Shown one piece after another: positions 37,677-47,627 of a DNA stretch of 64,000 nt. The DNA is from an uncultured Candidatus Binatia bacterium. Lineage in GTDB: Bacteria > Desulfobacterota > Binatia > UBA9968 > JAJDTQ01. Made by a program: the position numbers and the translations under genes. The stretch's first letter is position 1; each line of letters starts with the position of its first letter. Under the pieces are notes generated by a model, which was not told the origin of the DNA, did no database searches, and saw nothing but the letters and a program-made list of their open reading frames with translations. Where the stretch lies: the NCBI GenBank assembly GCA_965242525.1, contig OZ251459.1, forward strand, positions 832,001-896,000, given 5' to 3'.

Positions 37677-38960
37677 TCAGGGTTTCTGGTAACGGTAACG
37701 TCTCCAAGGTCTTCCCTGGAGATGCGGCGCTGACGGCTCGATGCGGTAGAGCGCTCCATTCCCATGGTCGGTGAGCAGATACAAGCGACCGTCCGGCCCC
37801 TGGCGCACGTCCCGGATGCGCCCCAGGCGGCCTTCCAGCATCGCCTCCTGCAGAACGACCGCCCTGCCGCGCAGCACGATGCGGCGCAGATGGCGGCCGC
37901 GGAGCGCTCCCACGAACAGGTTGCCGCGCCAGCGCGGAAACTCGGTCCCGGTGTAGAACGCCATCCCCGACGGCGCGATGGCGGGGGTCCAGTGCAACAG
38001 CGGAGGCTCCATTCCCGGAGCTTCGCTGCCGACCCCGATTTGCCCCCCTCCTCCCTTTCCCTCCTCCCCGTACTCGCGGCCGTGGGTCGCCACCGGCCAG
38101 CCGTAGTTGGCGCCGCCGCGCAGGATGTTGACCTCGTCGCCGCCGTACGGGCCGTGCTCGTGGATCCAGACGGCGCCGGTGGCGGGATGGATGGCCAAAC
38201 CCTGGGGGTTGCGATGGCCGAAGGTGAACACTTCGGGCGCGGCGCCGGGAATGGCGAGGGCGGCGGTGCGCGGCGACGGACTGCCGTCCGGCCGGATGCG
38301 CAGCACCGAGCCGGCGTGGTCGGACGGGTCCTGGGCGCGATGGCGCTCCCCGCGGTCTCCCACGGTCACCAGCAGGTCGCCGTCGGGAAGGAACGCCAGG
38401 CGCGACCCGAACTCCTGGGTTCCAGGCAGAAAACTGTTCATGGCGAAGATGCGGCGCACCGAGACCAGGCGGTCGCCGGCCAGCTCGGCGCGTGCGACCG
38501 CAGTGCGATACATCCTCCCTCCCAACCGACCAACCAACCATGCCAGTGGGGGCTTCTCCGTATAGGAGAAGTAAAGCAGTCGATCGTCGGCAAAGCCGGG
38601 ACTCAACGCCAAGTCCAGCAGACCACCGCGGCCCACCGCGGCGACGGGAGGCAGTCCGCGGATGGGGCGTTTACGGCCGTCCGCCCCCACGCGGAGCAGA
38701 CTCCCGTAGCGTTCGGTAACCAGCATGTCGCCGCCGGGCAGGAACGCCACCGCCCAGGGACGCTGCAGCCCGGTGGCCACCCGGACCACCCGGAACGAAT
38801 GTTCCAGCGAAGAAGCCTCCATCGAACCAAGTCGCTGCGTCCGTTCCGCCGCGCCTTGGCGTGGGAGCAGCAACAGGAACGAAACCGCAATGGCCGTCAC
38901 GGTCGCCGTGCGCCGCAAAAGACCGCGCCCGGCGCCGCGCCGGAACGTTCTTTCGATCAT
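37677..38960 (-). CDS. PQQ-dependent sugar dehydrogenase (YliI/GSDH family)
   Basis: PWAVAFLP, GGLLDLAL, FGSRL, GHRNPQG, HGPYGGDEVN, NYGWP, GRIRDV; N-terminal signal peptide. Confidence 0.92.
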   Translation of the reverse strand: MIERTFRRGAGRGLLRRTATVTAIAVSFLLLLPRQGAAERTQRLGSMEASSLEHSFRVVRVATGLQRPWAVAFLPGGDMLVTERYGSLLRVGADGRKRPIRGLPPVAAVGRGGLLDLALSPGFADDRLLYFSYTEKPPLAWLVGRLGGRMYRTAVARAELAGDRLVSVRRIFAMNSFLPGTQEFGSRLAFLPDGDLLVTVGDRGERHRAQDPSDHAGSVLRIRPDGSPSPRTAALAIPGAAPEVFTFGHRNPQGLAIHPATGAVWIHEHGPYGGDEVNILRGGANYGWPVATHGREYGEEGKGGGGQIGVGSEAPGMEPPLLHWTPAIAPSGMAFYTGTEFPRWRGNLFVGALRGRHLRRIVLRGRAVVLQEAMLEGRLGRIRDVRQGPDGRLYLLTDHGNGALYRIEPSAPHLQGRPWRRYRYQKP

Positions 38961-39028
38961 CGGTTCTCCTTCTCCGGGAACTGCCACCCCGCGTCGTAGT
39001 GGCAGGTGTAGCGGGGCGGGCGTTTCTC

Positions 39029-39148
39029 CCGGACGGGATTCTGTCCCCGCGAACCCGTCCCCGTCAAGCCTCGACCCATCGGGACCCACCTTCGGGAGCG
39101 CGGATTCCCGGTTCCCGTTCCGGGGGTTCCCGGTCGTGGTCCCCTATT
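39029..39148 (-). repeat. Direct repeat copy 2, containing a sigma70-like promoter
   Basis: CCCGCGAACCCGTCCCCGTCAAGCCTCGACCCATCGGG is identical in both copies. Confidence 0.8.
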
Positions 39149-39238
39149 TCAGGTCTTCCCGGTTTCCGGTCCGCGATTTCGCTTGGCGTTCCCGCCCCCC
39201 CCGTTGTAGAACTTCGGAAACCCCCGAAGGGAGACCCC

Positions 39239-39706
39239 ATGAAGCATGAGCCCGGAGACCAGGCGCCGGATTTCCGGTTGATGGACCAGGACGGAGAACC
39301 CCGCAAGCTGTCCTCGTACAGGGGCCAATGGGTGTTGTTGTTCTTCTATCCCAAGGACGCCACCCCCGGCTGAACGAAGGAGGCCCGCAGTTTGCGGGAC
39401 CACATGGACGCGTTCCGCGAAGCCGGGGCTGCGGTATTGGGAGTGAGCGTGGACCCGGTGAAGAGCCACGCCAAGTTCGCCGCCAAGCACGACCTTCCCT
39501 TTCCGCTGCTGGCGGACGAGGACAAGGAGGCGGTGCGGCTGTACGACGTGTGGGGCACGAAGAAGTTCATGGGGAGGGAGTACGAGGGGACCCACCGGAT
39601 GTCGTTCCTCATCGATCCGAAGGGGAAGATCGCCAGGATCTACGAGAAGGTGAAGCCCGAGCAGCACGCCCGGGAGGTGCTGGACGACCTGGCGGAGTTG
39701 GCGTAG
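39239..39706 (+). CDS. bcp: Bcp/PrxQ peroxiredoxin with in-frame UGA (putative selenocysteine, codon 45)
   Basis: GDQAPDF...FFYPKDATPG-UGA-TKEARSLRD...GVSVD...FPLLAD...RMSFLID; the frame continues past TGA 39371-39373. Confidence 0.85.
39382..39401 (+). promoter_or_regulatory. Putative bacterial SECIS hairpin
   Basis: CCCGCA-GTT-TGCGGG stem-loop; loop G is 17 nt after the UGA. Confidence 0.6.
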
Positions 39707-39839
39707 TGCCCGGTGGGGTCGATTGCTCGATGGATAATCGACGCCCGAAGCCCTGCCGATGCTCCGAGGCGGTTGACGGAATCGTCCGGTCCCCTGGGGC
39801 CATGACGGCGACGACCATGCCGAGGCCGCGGGCGGCGCA

Positions 39840-40313
39840 GTGACGAGCGAGGTGTTGCGGAAGCGGGACGAAGCGTTCATGGCCTTGGCCCTGGCCGAAG
39901 CCGAGGCCGCGGCCGGTGAGGGCGAGGTTCCGGTGGGGGCGGTGGTGGTGCGCCGGGACACGGTGGTGGGGCAGGGCCGCAACCGGCGCGAGGCCCTGGC
40001 CGATCCCACGAGCCACGCCGAGGTCCTGGCCATGAGGGAGGCGGCCCGGGCGTGCGCGTCCTGGCGTCTGGAAGACTGTACGCTCTACGTGACCCTGGAG
40101 CCGTGCGTCATGTGCGCCGGCGCCGTCGTGCAGGCCCGCGTCGAGCGGCTGGTGTTCGGCTGCCCTGACCCCAAGGGGGGAGCGGTGAGGTCCCTCTACC
40201 GGATCTGCGACGACCCCCGCCTGAACCATCGGGCGGCGGTGGTCGAAGGCGTCCTGGGGGAGCGTTGCAGCGCGGTACTGCGAGGCTTCTTCACCGCCCT
40301 CCGGGAGAAATGA
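39840..40313 (+). CDS. tadA: tRNA adenosine(34) deaminase
   Basis: GEVPVGAV, HAE, TLEPCVMC, DPKGGA, LNH. Confidence 0.95.
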   Translation: MTSEVLRKRDEAFMALALAEAEAAAGEGEVPVGAVVVRRDTVVGQGRNRREALADPTSHAEVLAMREAARACASWRLEDCTLYVTLEPCVMCAGAVVQARVERLVFGCPDPKGGAVRSLYRICDDPRLNHRAAVVEGVLGERCSAVLRGFFTALREK

Positions 40314-40344
40314 GCCGCGGGACCGAATTCGACGGAGGTTCATC

Positions 40345-40719
40345 ATGTCCGAGTTGACGAAGTTCCGTTCGTGGAACTTCCACGCGGAAGACCAGGAAGC
40401 CACCGTGCGCTTCTACCGGGAGGTCCTCGGCGCCGCGTTCCGCAAGGCCCACACGGTGAGCGGGGTGGAAGTGGTGCGGCTCGAACTGGCCGGCGTGGTC
40501 CTGGGGGTCTTCGACGCCTCCCGGGACCGGGCACCCCGGGTGCCCCACCACACCTTCGAGGTGGACGCTCCCGAGGACCCGGAGGACTTCGTGAAGGAAC
40601 TGGAGGCCAAGGGCGCCATCGTCAGCGAGATACGCCGCCACGGCGGCGGCAAGGGCTACTCGGTTTACGTCATCGACCCCGCGGGCAACCGTCTGGAGCT
40701 GTCCACCGCCTCGGGGTAG
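40345..40719 (+). CDS. VOC/glyoxalase family protein
   Basis: RFYREVLG, HHTF, YVIDPAGNRLEL. Confidence 0.85.
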   Translation: MSELTKFRSWNFHAEDQEATVRFYREVLGAAFRKAHTVSGVEVVRLELAGVVLGVFDASRDRAPRVPHHTFEVDAPEDPEDFVKELEAKGAIVSEIRRHGGGKGYSVYVIDPAGNRLELSTASG

Positions 40720-40737
40720 CGTCCCGCCGCCCTTCGG

Positions 40738-41595
40738 TCAACCGGCCCGGGCCGCCTGGATGGTGCGCGCCACATGGACCTGCGCGAGGTGGGAGCGGTA
40801 GGCTGGGGAGGCGTTGACGTCGTCGATGGGGTCGAGGCCGTCGGTGACCAGGGCCGCGGCGCGCTCGATGGAGTCCTGGTCGAGCTTCCGGCCGCGCAGG
40901 GCCGCCTCGACGTTGGCGGCGCGGAAGGCCACGTCGGCCACTCCGGTGACGCCGATGGCGATGTCCTCGCAGACGCCGTCCGCGGACTCCTTCAGGCACG
41001 CAGCCACGCCCACGATGGCGAAGCCCGCGGCTTGCCGGGACGCTTTCCGGTAGGCGGACTTGTAGCCGTCCCGGGCCGGCGCGCGGACCTCGGTCAGCAA
41101 CTCGTCGGGACCGAGGCTCGTGGTCAGCATGGTGACGAAGAACTCCCGCACGGGGATGCGCCGTTCGCCCTCGGGTCCCACCGCGGTGACCTCGGCGTCG
41201 AGGGCCAGCACCGCGGCCGGCAGGTCTTCCGCGGGGTCGGCGTGGGCCAGGCCGCCGCCGACGGTGCCGCGGTTCCTCACCTGGACGTCGCCCACCACCT
41301 CCGCGGCCTGGGCCAGCAGCGGACACCGGCGGCGGACCATCCCGTTCTCGGCCACGTCCGTGTAGGTGGCCAGCGCGCCGATGGCGACGCCGTCGCCGTC
41401 CTCGCGGACGTAGTCGAGCTCCGCAAGGCCGCCGATGTCGATGATGACCTCGGGCTTGGCGAGGCGGAGCTTCATGAGCGGGAGCAGGCTCTGCCCTCCG
41501 GCCAGGACCTTGGCGTCGTCCGGGTTGGCGGACAGGAGCGACAGGGCTTCCGCCAGCGAGGCGGGCGCGTGGTAGTCGAAGGCGCCGGGGATCAT
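40738..41595 (-). CDS. CoxM-like FAD-binding subunit of a molybdenum hydroxylase
   Basis: LAGGQSLLPLMKLRLA, QVRNRGTVGG..AHADP. Confidence 0.92.
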   Translation of the reverse strand: MIPGAFDYHAPASLAEALSLLSANPDDAKVLAGGQSLLPLMKLRLAKPEVIIDIGGLAELDYVREDGDGVAIGALATYTDVAENGMVRRRCPLLAQAAEVVGDVQVRNRGTVGGGLAHADPAEDLPAAVLALDAEVTAVGPEGERRIPVREFFVTMLTTSLGPDELLTEVRAPARDGYKSAYRKASRQAAGFAIVGVAACLKESADGVCEDIAIGVTGVADVAFRAANVEAALRGRKLDQDSIERAAALVTDGLDPIDDVNASPAYRSHLAQVHVARTIQAARAG

Positions 41596-44012
41596 GCCTG
41601 GCCCTCCCGGATCAGCCGCCACACCGCTTCCGGCGTCAACGGCAGGTGGCGGATGCGCACGCCGAAGGGCTCCAGCGCGTTCTCCACCGCGCTGGCGATG
41701 GCCGCGGGGGAGGGGATGGCGGCGCCTTCCCCTGCGGCCTTCTGTCCCAGCGGGGTGAACGCCGAAGGCGAGGGCCGGTGCTCCACCTCGACCCTGGGGG
41801 TCTCCGCGGCCGAGCATTTGCCGTAGTCCGTCAGGGTCATGGTGAGGAGCTGGCCTTCGTCGTCATAGACGAACCCCTCGCCCAGAGCCACGGCGATGCC
41901 GTGGGCCGCGGACCCGTAGATCTGGCCGTCCACCACGTCGGGGTTGATGATGGTTCCGTTGTCGCCCACGATGAGGTAGCGCAGCACCGTCACCTTGCCG
42001 GTGCGCGGGTCCACCTCCACCACCGCCACGTGCGCCCCCGCGCCGAAGGTGAACTGGGCCCGGACCTTGCGGTCCGTGCCCGGCACCATGTGGGGTTGGG
42101 CGTGGGGGAAGGTGTAGTAGAAGGTGGCCTGGAGGCCGGCGTCGATGCCTTCGGGCAGGAGCGACTGGTTGTTGTAGGCGACCTTGCCGAGCTCGGCGAA
42201 CGTCAGCCGGCGGCGCGGGAACCCGGGCACGCGCACTACCCCGTCCGCGACCTCCAGATCCGACGGCGGGGTGTCCAGCACGTGGCCCGCCACCTCGAGG
42301 ACCTTCTCCCGGAGCCGGGTGGCCGCGCCGATGACCGCGCCGATGTCGTAGAGGTGGAAGTTGTTGCCGCTGTTGGCCGCGGCCACGCCCCAGGGCGCGG
42401 TGTCGCTGTCGAAGGGCGTGGTGGTGCTGATGACGTCGGGGCTCACGTCGAGGATGTCCGCGGCCACCTGCGCGGTGGTGGTCTCGTGGGCCTGCCCGCA
42501 GTTGGGCGAGCCCAGGTAGAGGGCGATGGAGCCGTTCTTCTCCAGCTTGATGGTGGCGCCGTTGATCCCCCCGGCTCCCGGGGTCTCCTTCATCTCCGGG
42601 AAGATGGCCATGTCCCGGGCCGCGTTCCGCCCTCCGGGCTCCACCCCGATGACCACGCCGACGCCCAGGTAACGGCCCCGCTCCCGTTCCCGGGCCTGCT
42701 CCTGCTTGAGGCCCTCGTAGTCCGCCTTCTCCAGGGCGCGTTTCAGCAGGCCGGGGTAGTCGCCGCTGTCGTAGATGTTGCCGTTGGGGGTGGTGTAGGG
42801 CATCTGCTCCGGCTGCACCAGGTTGCGGTAGCGCACCTCCGCGGGGTCCAAGTCGAGATCCTGCGCCACCCGGTCGATGATGCGCTCCCAGATGTAGCAC
42901 ATGCCGGGCTTGCCGATGCCCCGGTTGGGGATCACCGGACAGCGGTTGGTGACCACCGAGTAGCCGTCCATGCGGATGTTCTGCACCCGGTAAGTATTGC
43001 TGAGGTTGTTGAGCTTGTTGGTGAAGTGGATGGTCAGGGTGCTCACCGACCCGCCCACGTCGTCGATCTCCCCGAACCGGAGGCCCGTGACCGTGCCGTC
43101 GTCCTTCACCGCGGCCTCCACGTCGAACTCCTGTTCGCAGGCGTGGCCGGCCGCCATCATGTGCTCGTTCCGGTCCTCGATCCATTTCACCGGCCGGCCG
43201 GAGCGGATGGCCAGGAGCGCCACGATCACCACGTACTTGCGGATGAGGTGGATCTTCTGTCCGAACCCGCCGCCCACGTCCGGGATGATGACGCGGATGT
43301 CGTCCAGGCCCAGAGCGTCCCGCAGGGCGTCGTAGATGTTCTCGGGCACCTGGGTGTTGGTGCGGACCGTCAGCTTTTGGCTGAAGCGGTCGAAGGAGGC
43401 GATGCACGCGAGGGGCTCCAGGGGGGTCGAGCTGTAACGGTGGATCTTGAGGTTCTCGCGCACCACCCGGTCCGCTTCCCGGAACGCGGCGTCGGTATCG
43501 CCGTACTCCAGGGACCCCTGCCACGCCAAGTTGGACCCCAACTCCTCGTAGATGAGGGAGGGGCTTTCGCCTTCGATGGCTTGGCGGACGTCAGTGACCG
43601 CGGGCAGGGGATCGTAGTCCACCGCGATGAGCTCCAGGGCGTCCTCCGCCGCGGCCCGGTCCCTGGCCGCCACCGCGCCCACGGGCTCGCCCACGTACCG
43701 GACCTTGTCCACTGCCCCGGCGTATTCCGGCACCGGCTTCTTCAGTCCGGCCGCGTAGCGGCCGGGCCGGAACGGTCGGGTGTCCCGTTTCAGGTCCTCG
43801 GGGGTCAGCACCGCGAACACGTCCGGCCGTTGGAGCGCGGCCCCGGCGTCCACTCCCAGGATGCGGGCGTGGGCGTGGGGGCTGCGCAGGAAGACCGCTT
43901 GCAGCATGCCGGGCTCGGTGAAGTCGTCCGTGTAACGGCCCCGCCCGGTCACGTGCCGCGGCCCTTCCTTGCTCCGGGCCGCGCCGCCCACGTGTTTCTT
44001 CGAGTCAGCCAT
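41592..44012 (-). CDS. Xanthine dehydrogenase/CoxL-family molybdopterin subunit
   Basis: RSPHAHA, DVGGGFGQK, RPVKWIEDR, YDSGDY, GQAHETT, VDGQ..G, GE near the C-terminus. Confidence 0.92.
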   Translation of the reverse strand: MADSKKHVGGAARSKEGPRHVTGRGRYTDDFTEPGMLQAVFLRSPHAHARILGVDAGAALQRPDVFAVLTPEDLKRDTRPFRPGRYAAGLKKPVPEYAGAVDKVRYVGEPVGAVAARDRAAAEDALELIAVDYDPLPAVTDVRQAIEGESPSLIYEELGSNLAWQGSLEYGDTDAAFREADRVVRENLKIHRYSSTPLEPLACIASFDRFSQKLTVRTNTQVPENIYDALRDALGLDDIRVIIPDVGGGFGQKIHLIRKYVVIVALLAIRSGRPVKWIEDRNEHMMAAGHACEQEFDVEAAVKDDGTVTGLRFGEIDDVGGSVSTLTIHFTNKLNNLSNTYRVQNIRMDGYSVVTNRCPVIPNRGIGKPGMCYIWERIIDRVAQDLDLDPAEVRYRNLVQPEQMPYTTPNGNIYDSGDYPGLLKRALEKADYEGLKQEQARERERGRYLGVGVVIGVEPGGRNAARDMAIFPEMKETPGAGGINGATIKLEKNGSIALYLGSPNCGQAHETTTAQVAADILDVSPDVISTTTPFDSDTAPWGVAAANSGNNFHLYDIGAVIGAATRLREKVLEVAGHVLDTPPSDLEVADGVVRVPGFPRRRLTFAELGKVAYNNQSLLPEGIDAGLQATFYYTFPHAQPHMVPGTDRKVRAQFTFGAGAHVAVVEVDPRTGKVTVLRYLIVGDNGTIINPDVVDGQIYGSAAHGIAVALGEGFVYDDEGQLLTMTLTDYGKCSAAETPRVEVEHRPSPSAFTPLGQKAAGEGAAIPSPAAIASAVENALEPFGVRIRHLPLTPEAVWRLIREGQA

Positions 44013-44478
44013 CCTTCCGCCGCGCCGCAGCTTCCTTCACCGCGTCCACGATCTGCACGTAGCCGGTGCACATGCACAGGTTCCCGGCCAGCCCTTCGCG
44101 GATCTCTTCCTCCGACGGGTCCGGGTTCCGGGTGAGCAGGTAGTGCGCGGCCATGACCATTCCGGGAGTGCAGTAGCCGCACTGGAGTCCGTAGTTCCTG
44201 ACGAAGGACTCCTGGACCGGATGCAGCGCGTCGTCCCCGGCCAGGCCCTCGATGGTGGTGACCTCCCTGCCGTGGGCCTGCACCGCGAACATCAGGCAGG
44301 ACTTCACCAGCTTGCCGTCCAGCAGCACGGTGCACGCGCCGCATTCGCCGACGACGCAGCCGATGTGGGTCCCGGTAAGGCCTATGGTCTCCCGCAGGAA
44401 ATAGGACAGCAGTTGCCGGGGCTCCGCCTCCTCCTCGTACAACCTGCCGTTGACGGTCACTCGCACCGTTCGTTTCAT
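44005..44478 (-). CDS. CoxS-like (2Fe-2S) subunit
   Basis: GCVVGECGACTV, QCGYCTPG, NLCMCTGY. Confidence 0.95.
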   Translation of the reverse strand: MKRTVRVTVNGRLYEEEAEPRQLLSYFLRETIGLTGTHIGCVVGECGACTVLLDGKLVKSCLMFAVQAHGREVTTIEGLAGDDALHPVQESFVRNYGLQCGYCTPGMVMAAHYLLTRNPDPSEEEIREGLAGNLCMCTGYVQIVDAVKEAAARRKDG

Positions 44479-44590
44479 GGCTTGTTCATGGTTGCGCTGT
44501 GTCCCGCGGGCTCGCCCGGCGGCGCTTGGCAGTCGCCGCTTGACGGAAGGCGCGGCTGACGGACCGGCCGCGCCTTTGCGGAAAATGCGG

Positions 44591-44620
44591 TTTATAGCGG
44601 GGAGGGCGCGGCCCTGTCAA
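44591..44620 (-). promoter_or_regulatory. sigma70-like promoter for the coxSLM-like operon
   Basis: Minus strand TTGACA-N18-TATAAA. Confidence 0.6.
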
Positions 44621-44623
44621 ACA

Positions 44624-44691
44624 AGGAAACTCTGAACAATTATCCCCGTTCGTCCTGAGCGTAGCGAAGCGAAGTCGAAGGACGCGCTTTT
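44624..44691 (+). repeat. Family A repeat, extended copy
   Basis: AGGAAACTCTGAACAATTATCCCCGTTCGTCCTGAGCGTAGCGAAGCGAAGTCGAAGGACGC. Confidence 0.85.
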
Positions 44692-44739
44692 CCACAGGGA
44701 GAGGGAATTCGAGCCGGAATCGATCAGCCGTTCCACAAA

Positions 44740-45342
44740 TCACGCGCGCGCCGCGCGTTTCTTCGGCCACCGCCACACAGCGACCCGATAGCCCAGCAGC
44801 GCCGTCAGCACGCCCGCGTAGAGGAGGGGCTCCGTCAGGTCCGCTTTCACCAGCCACAGGAAGTGCACCACCGCGGCGATGGCGCAGGGATAGACCAGGC
44901 GATGGAGTTGCTGCCAGCGGCGGCCGCCGAGCCGCCGGATCATGCCCGCGGTGGAGGTGGCGGCCAGCGGCGCCATCAGCACGAACCCCAGGAAACCCGC
45001 GGTGATGTACGGCCGCTTGACCACGTCCTTCACGATGGCCGCGGCGTCGAAGAACTGGTCCAGGGCCACGTAGGTGGAAAGGTGCAGGGCCGCGTAGAAG
45101 AAGGCGAACAGCCCGAGCATGCGCCGCAGCCGGATGAGGCTCCCGTAGCCGGTGAGCCTCCGCAGGGGCGTCACCGCCAACGTGAGCAACAGGAACCGCA
45201 GGGCCCACTCGCCGGTGGAATGGGTGATGGCCTCCACCGGGTTGGCTCCCAGCCCGCCGCGGAACAGGCCTGCGGCCAGACCCGCCGCGGGCGCCAGGGA
45301 CAGGACGAAGACGAGCAGCTTGATCCAGGTGAAGCGTTTCAT
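44740..45342 (-). CDS. msrQ: Protein-methionine-sulfoxide reductase heme subunit
   Basis: TGEWAL, LAVTP, RRMLGL..FFYA.LH, KRPYI, WQQLHRLVY. Confidence 0.95.
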   Translation of the reverse strand: MKRFTWIKLLVFVLSLAPAAGLAAGLFRGGLGANPVEAITHSTGEWALRFLLLTLAVTPLRRLTGYGSLIRLRRMLGLFAFFYAALHLSTYVALDQFFDAAAIVKDVVKRPYITAGFLGFVLMAPLAATSTAGMIRRLGGRRWQQLHRLVYPCAIAAVVHFLWLVKADLTEPLLYAGVLTALLGYRVAVWRWPKKRAARA

Positions 45343-45460
45343 GCAGGGTTCGGACGCGGGCTATCGTTCCCCGCCCGGGCCGGGGGTCGGCGGTCGGGCC
45401 GAGTCCGGGTCGGACAACCGTGGGCCGCGGCGCGGTTTGCGCCCGGGCCGCGGGGTCCCC

Positions 45461-46429
45461 TCAGTACAGCTTGGTCAGGTCCATCCCCTTGTACAGGTGG
45501 GCCACCTGCTCCCCGTAGCCGTTGAACATCAGGGTCTTGCGCTTGAAGAAGTCGCCGATGCGCCGCTCCGTGGCTTGGCTCCACCGGGGATGATCCACGG
45601 TGGGGTTCACGTTGGCGTAGAAGCCGTACTCGTGGCCGGCCGTCAGGCTCCAGGTGGTGGGCGGCTGCTGCTCCACGAAGCGCAGCTTGACGATGGACTT
45701 GATGCTCTTGAAGCCGTACTTCCACGGAACCACGAGACGGATGGGGGCGCCGTTCTGGTTGGGGAGAACTTCGCCGTAGAGTCCCACCGCGAGGATGGCG
45801 AGGGGGTTCATGGCCTCGTCCATGCGCAGGCCTTCCACGTAGGGCCAGTCCAGGCCTCCGAAGAGTCCGCCGCGCTGCCCGGGCATCTGCTCCGGGTCGT
45901 GGAGGGTCACGAACTGGATGTACTTGGCGTTGGCGGTGGGCTCCACCTCCTTGACCAAGCGGCTCAACTCGAACCCGACCCAGGGGATCACCATGGACCA
46001 GGCCTCCACGCACCGAAGGCGATAGACGCGCTCCTCCAGGGGCATCTTCAGCAGCTCTTCGATGTCGAAGGTCCCGGGCTTGTTCACCTCGCCTTCCACC
46101 TCGACGGTCCAGGGCCTGGTCCGGAAGTCCTTGGAGTACCTGGCCGGGTCGCTCTTGTCCGTGCCGAACTCGTAGAAGTTGTTGTAGCTTTTCACGTCCT
46201 TGAGGGGGGTCCTGGGCTCGTCCGTGGAGAAGGGACTGTCGCCCGCGGCGGCGAGCTTCTCCGCGGCGCGCGCTTCGCCCGGGAGGCCGAGCAGGTCGGG
46301 GGCAAGCAGGCCCGCGCCCAGGACGGTGGCCGCCGCGGAAGCCTGCGCCATGAACTGGCGCCGGTTGAGATAGACCGCCTTGTCCGTGACCTCGCTGCTC
46401 CTGATGTCGTCGGGCTTCCTGATCAGCAT
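45461..46429 (-). CDS. msrP: Protein-methionine-sulfoxide reductase catalytic subunit
   Basis: Tat [41 protein letters not shown]. Confidence 0.97.
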   Translation of the reverse strand: MLIRKPDDIRSSEVTDKAVYLNRRQFMAQASAAATVLGAGLLAPDLLGLPGEARAAEKLAAAGDSPFSTDEPRTPLKDVKSYNNFYEFGTDKSDPARYSKDFRTRPWTVEVEGEVNKPGTFDIEELLKMPLEERVYRLRCVEAWSMVIPWVGFELSRLVKEVEPTANAKYIQFVTLHDPEQMPGQRGGLFGGLDWPYVEGLRMDEAMNPLAILAVGLYGEVLPNQNGAPIRLVVPWKYGFKSIKSIVKLRFVEQQPPTTWSLTAGHEYGFYANVNPTVDHPRWSQATERRIGDFFKRKTLMFNGYGEQVAHLYKGMDLTKLY

Positions 46430-46637
46430 GAGCGCCCTCCTTGCGTCTCCGGGGGATGGTGGGCCGATTCCGGGCATCGGCCATGCAACGCCCGCGAAAA
46501 CAGTTTGGCTTCGGGGACCGCCTTTGTCAATCGCAATCGTTCGCGAACGTCATGCGGGCGGGCAATGGACCCATGCCGCGGATTCTTGTTAGGATGGGAG
46601 TGGCAGCGTACTTCGGCCAGGGACGGGAGGAACCGGG

Positions 46638-47606
46638 ATGCATGAGAAGATCGTCTATCTGAACGGCAGCTTCGTGCCCGAGAGCGAGGCCAAGGTCTCG
46701 GTCCTCGACCACGGGTTCACCGCGGGCGACGGCGTTTACGACGTGACCCGCACCTTCAGGCACAGGCCTTTCATGCTCAGGGAGCACAACGACCGGCTGT
46801 TCCGGTCGTTGATATACACGAGGATCGACTGCGGCCTCTCCCGGGACGAGATGGAGGCCGCGGTCCTGGAGGTGCTGGAGCGCAACCGGGACCTGCTGGG
46901 GCCGGACGACGACTATGCCCTGTGGCAGGTGGTGAGCCGGGGCCCGCGCTCGTCCACCGGCGCGCGCGCCGCGGGCCGGGCCACCGTGGTCGTCTTCTGC
47001 CTGGACGTGAACTTCGCCGACTTCTGCCACCACTACGTGGAAGGCGTGCCCATCGTGGTCCCGGCCACCCGGCGCATCCCACCCCAGTGCCTGGAGTCCA
47101 AGGCCAAGATCACCAACAAGATGAACCACATCGTCGCTACATTCGAAGCCCGGCAGGCGGACCCCGAAGCCATCCCCCTGATGCTGGACCTGGACGGCAA
47201 CATCGCCGAGAGCAACGCGCACAATTTCTTTGCGGTCATCGACGGCAAGATCTACACGCCGGGCTCCAGGAACGTGCTGGGAGGCATCACCCGGGGGGCC
47301 CTCGGGGAGTTGGCGGCGAAGTTGAAGGTGGAGGTGGTGGAGGCCGACCTGACGCCCTACGACTGCTACAACGCCGACGAAGCCTTCCTGACCAGCACCA
47401 GTCCCACCATCGTGCCCATCAAGACCATCAACGGCATGGCCCCGAGGCAGGGAGCGCCGGGCAACGTGACGGTCCGCTTGCTCAACGCTTGGGCGGACCT
47501 GGTGGGGGTGGACATCGTGGGGCAGGCCCTCGACCATCTCGAAGGGGAGAGGAAGGACGCGCTGACCGCCGCATGGAGAGACAGGCAGGCGGGGCTCGGC
47601 CTGTAG
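46638..47606 (+). CDS. Class IV PLP aminotransferase (IlvE/Dat/PabC family)
   Basis: SVLDHGFTAGDGVYD, AKITN, LGGITR, ADEAFLTST. Confidence 0.9.
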   Translation: MHEKIVYLNGSFVPESEAKVSVLDHGFTAGDGVYDVTRTFRHRPFMLREHNDRLFRSLIYTRIDCGLSRDEMEAAVLEVLERNRDLLGPDDDYALWQVVSRGPRSSTGARAAGRATVVVFCLDVNFADFCHHYVEGVPIVVPATRRIPPQCLESKAKITNKMNHIVATFEARQADPEAIPLMLDLDGNIAESNAHNFFAVIDGKIYTPGSRNVLGGITRGALGELAAKLKVEVVEADLTPYDCYNADEAFLTSTSPTIVPIKTINGMAPRQGAPGNVTVRLLNAWADLVGVDIVGQALDHLEGERKDALTAAWRDRQAGLGL

Positions 47607-47627
47607 CCTCGGGAAAACGCTGCGGCC

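Noticed and set aside
41592-44012. Aerobic CO dehydrogenase (coxL form I)
   Set aside because: Lacks the AYxCSFR motif and the gene order is S-L-M
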